Source: Intoshia linei
Lineage: Eukaryota > Animalia > Orthonectida
DNA: 35,336 nt
Direction of reading: 5' to 3'
NCBI GenBank assembly: GCA_001642005.1
Contig: LWCA01000268.1
Span: 1 to 35,336 of the forward strand
Numbering within the stretch: position 1 is the stretch's first letter; the number at the start of each line of letters is the position of its first letter. This document shows, in pieces, positions 32,601-35,336 of this stretch. The notes under the pieces were generated by a model that did no database searches, had not been told where the DNA came from, and worked only from the letters and a program-made list of their open reading frames with translations. Position numbers and translations under genes: made by a program.

Positions 32601-34986
32601 GGTACTGCAGTCTGCAACTAAGTAATATGTTATGTTTTTAAAAATAATAAATTATTTTACCAACGCAAGTACCACTCCAATGTACCCCAAGTCTTCTGCA
32701 TCCATAACAAGCTTCTTGAGTTGTTAGGGCGTCAGTTAGACAGTCGATAACTAATTTAAACAATCAAATCAATCTCAATTCAATTTTCAGATTACCTAGG
32801 CATCCGGTACCAACTACGAATTTTCTGTTGTGACACGCCCCACAAAGTAGAGGAGTAGTTAGACTAGCAAGATTGTTACAATCCACAGCTTTATAAAAAT
32901 TAACTGTTATATAAATTTAGTTTTACTGTCACAAGCGGTCTGCCATGCATGTCCACAATCTGTAGCAAAAGCTGCAGTGTTTATTGCTGTTGCCGTACTA
33001 CAATCGGTAGCTATATTAATAATAAATAATAAATGGATATTGTCAATTTTACTTTCAGTACACGCTCCAAAAATCCAAATTCTATTTTCACATCCATTGC
33101 ATTCAGCTTCAACAATTATTGTACTTGCAACAAGTGAACAACTAGTTGCTATAAGTAGAATATAATATTTTTTAAAGAATTTAATTATTGACAATTACAC
33201 TAAACTAAGATTCTGCCCGGGAAGAATAAAGTACAAGATTTTTATGAAATTTGTAAAATCCCGATAAATTTATTTCCAAAAAAATATTTTATTGAATTGT
33301 TATCCTAACTTATATAATATGCTACTCGATTTTTGTTTGTATGTTATGCTTTAAACAAAAATCGAGTAGTATGTTATGCTTTATAAAAATAACTACCCGT
33401 CTTAGAATTTTTTAAAGACCACATTTCAATTACAGTTTTTTCCGGGACGCATATAAAGATAAATTTCAACCTCCCAATTTCACATCTTACGAGTCAAAAA
33501 CCCCAAATTACCCTTCTTTTTTTAATGAAAACAGTCCTAGAATTTCAAAAATTTACAGGTGGTACAGTTTTATCGTGTTAACACACATAAAAAATTTCAA
33601 TCCGAATAATTGACAACTTCACGGTCAAAAAAACATTTTAGTATTTATGTTTTTTTCGAAATATTTTATTAAAACAAAAAATGTGAAATAATTAACGATC
33701 CGAAAATTGAAAAAAAAAATTATTCTGATAGAGTTTATTCCTATTGATATAAATACAAAATTTCAACCCCAGAAATCTACGCATTCCCGGTGAAAAATAA
33801 TTTTTACTATATTATCAACCAATATTTTTCAAATATTTCGATTAAAATCAAAAATTGAAAATATAAATATTGATGCTACAAATTCAAAAAAAATGTGGAT
33901 TGTACGTCTACCATTTCCAATAAAGATATTATGGGTGAAAATCTATATAATTTATTCCTTCGGAATTTTTTTCATTGCTACGCAATTTTTAAATTTCAAA
34001 TTTTTATTTTCAAAACATTTTTATTAAAACATTCAAATTTAAATAAGAAACTAAACAACGAAACTAAAAAAACTTTTTTAATATCATTTGTATATTACAA
34101 TCCTTTGCAAGAATGGTAAAATTCGACTGAAATGTTTATAAAGTCAAGATTCAGTTAATTATTATTGATACACAATTGGTATTTTTAAGTATTTATTAAA
34201 TTGGTACTGAATATATATCATCACATTGAAAATGACAAAATAGATTTTTATAATTTTATTTTTTTTGGAATTTTATACTATTTATGACAATTTTTAGGAT
34301 TGGACTGTTTTTAAAATTCTTTATACAAATGTTAACAAACAAAAAATTAAGATGGAATAATTCACTTTAAAGTAAAAAGTAATGTAATTTGATGGTTCCA
34401 CCTGAAACAAATTGTGGAACCACTCCTTTAAAGGATTGATAATGGTGAACAGTAGGATTTTTAAGTTAGATTTTGAACATGAATTTATTTTTTTGATATA
34501 ATAAAAATGTGCCCTCGGCTAGGTGGTGTTTGTACGTAGTACATAAAAGTCAAGCTAGTACATTATAATTTTACATTATAATATAAAAAATGTGTTCACA
34601 TGTATTTTTATGATATTAATTAAAATATATTAACCAGTGCAAGCTATCCCGTTTGGCCAATATCCATTACAAGATCCACATTCTGTAGAAGTTGTTGAAG
34701 AGCAACTAACGCCTACGATTAAAATAATAAAATATATGATACGAATCACTTTGACATTTTCCAGTAGCTACAGGATAACCTCTCAAATTATAATTTCCAA
34801 TTCCACCAGCACATCTCTCACATGCTGCATCTGAACTAGTCAGAACCGTATTTGTTACACATTCTATTATAATTTAAACAAAACAAAAATATATTTTACG
34901 GATACAGGCTGAGCTGTAGTAGTATCCATCACATTTTTCACAAAAATTGGCCGATAATAGCAAATTTGCAGCTATTCCCGAACATG
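26642..34986 (-). CDS. Large cysteine-rich (CxxC/furin-like repeat) surface protein with C-terminal Ly6/uPAR-like domain and GPI signal; 5' end outside window; 36 exons, ~1,197 codons visible
   Basis: In-frame exons: 34900-34986, 34750-34863, 34635-34712, 33053-33148, 32927-33010, 32796-32888, 32661-32750, 32528-32617, 32457-32488, 31896-31944, 31771-31851, 31286-31369, 31129-31248, 30990-31094, 30863-30949, 30716-30820, 30505-30678, 30373-30462, 30252-30335, 30102-30215, 29971-30066, 29841-29936, 29710-29805, 29574-29675, 29446-29538, 29300-29398, 29174-29263, 29047-29142, 28911-29009, 27637-27732, 27504-27599, 27367-27468, 27217-27330, 26966-27177, 26804-26929, 26642-26764; all introns GT-AG. 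Ends RCFFC...CERCCVEDGCNFGSISSALTIMSRLYAISIIATIVVLII*. Confidence 0.9.
27850..28820 (+). mobile_element. Non-autonomous Helitron-like insertion, copy 1 (5' boundary approximate)
   Basis: ~28135-28820 is co-linear with ~33878-34558. It has an internal duplication (27950-28050 vs 28454-28570), 3' hairpins cctcggc-aaa-gccagg and tttgtac-gta-gtacaaa, then ...agtcaaCCAG. Confidence 0.6.
31401..31738. mobile_element. MITE with ~35-bp imperfect TIRs in intron of the Cys-rich gene
   Basis: attgatggaacatccccaaaagtg (31403-31426) / cacttttggggtgttccatcaat (31714-31736), extended by tcaaaattta / taaattttga; TA on both outer sides. Confidence 0.8.
33200..34558 (+). mobile_element. Non-autonomous Helitron-like insertion, copy 2 (possibly composite; 5' boundary approximate)
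   Basis: Homologous to copy 1. Ends with hairpin tgtac-gta-gtaca (34531-34543), 11 nt, then CTAG followed by T (34555-34559), the canonical Helitron 3' layout. Confidence 0.6.
33322..33383. repeat. Perfect 17-bp inverted repeat with duplicated loop
   Basis: ctactcgatttttgttt (33322-33338) / aaacaaaaatcgagtag (33353-33369); the loop gtatgttatgcttta recurs at 33369-33383. Confidence 0.85.
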
Positions 34987-35336
34987 CTATAGAATATAAT
35001 TAATGATAGTTTTAATATGGTGATTTTAGGATAAATTATGACAAAGTCGTCAGCTTGTGCCCTCTAAGACAGTAATTAGTAAACCGATGTATATTATTTT
35101 TACAATTATTAATTTAACAAGTATTACTTGTATTTTAAATTTAAACTTTCAAATTAACTGCTCTAGAATATCAATGTTATTGTATCATATAAATGTAGAA
35201 TGCCCTCATGTAGCTATAACGAATAATATTTTAAAGTGATTCATATATTTATTTCCACCCTAATAATCATTAAAAATCATCACTGGGGCATATTTTTCAT
35301 TACGTTGAAAATTTAATTTTAATCGTTTAATTTAAT

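Noticed and set aside
26642-34986. Assignment as PCSK5/furin or as a ciliate/Giardia contaminant
   Set aside because: No S8 domain in view, and the tail is Ly6+GPI rather than TM+cytoplasmic. Exons use the standard code and the same tiny introns and repeat families as the neighbouring animal-type genes.
28700-35239. Plus-strand ORFs (28700, 29859, 30577, 30935, 31029, 32977, 33895, 34637, 35057)
   Set aside because: Antisense shadows of the Cys-rich exons or repeat DNA; no motifs or splice logic.
1-35336. Alternative genetic code (ciliate-type stop reassignment)
   Set aside because: Spliced conserved genes have no in-frame stops and terminate with TAG, TAA and TGA at expected positions.
1-35336. 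CRISPR arrays, tRNA/rRNA genes, prokaryotic systems
   Set aside because: No regularly spaced identical repeats or RNA gene signatures seen; the periodicity at 27-35 kb is exon/intron structure.

Overview
Very AT-rich eukaryotic (animal-type) genomic DNA read in the standard genetic code, with dense genes interrupted by tiny GT-AG introns (mostly 31-45 nt). The few long introns are filled with transposon debris. This architecture resembles a compact parasite genome such as an orthonectid/mesozoan (inference, not verified). Genes spliced by hand: an unidentified multi-exon gene (+, ~1.1-4.5 kb); IMPAD1/BPNT2 (+), followed only 38 nt later by PDHB (+); HRD1/SYVN1 (-); a divergent eIF4B (+); LARP7 (-); and the 3' ~1,200 codons (36 exons) of a very large cysteine-rich protein (-). 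That protein is built from ~34 CxxC modules, almost one per symmetric phase-1 exon, and ends in a Ly6/uPAR(Quiver)-like three-finger domain plus a GPI-anchor signal. Mobile DNA includes a decayed hAT transposase, Tc1/Tc3-like remnants, several MITEs with TIRs, and two related Helitron-like insertions. The strongest candidates for new biology are the VSP/i-antigen-like modular GPI surface protein and the operon-like IMPAD1-PDHB junction.
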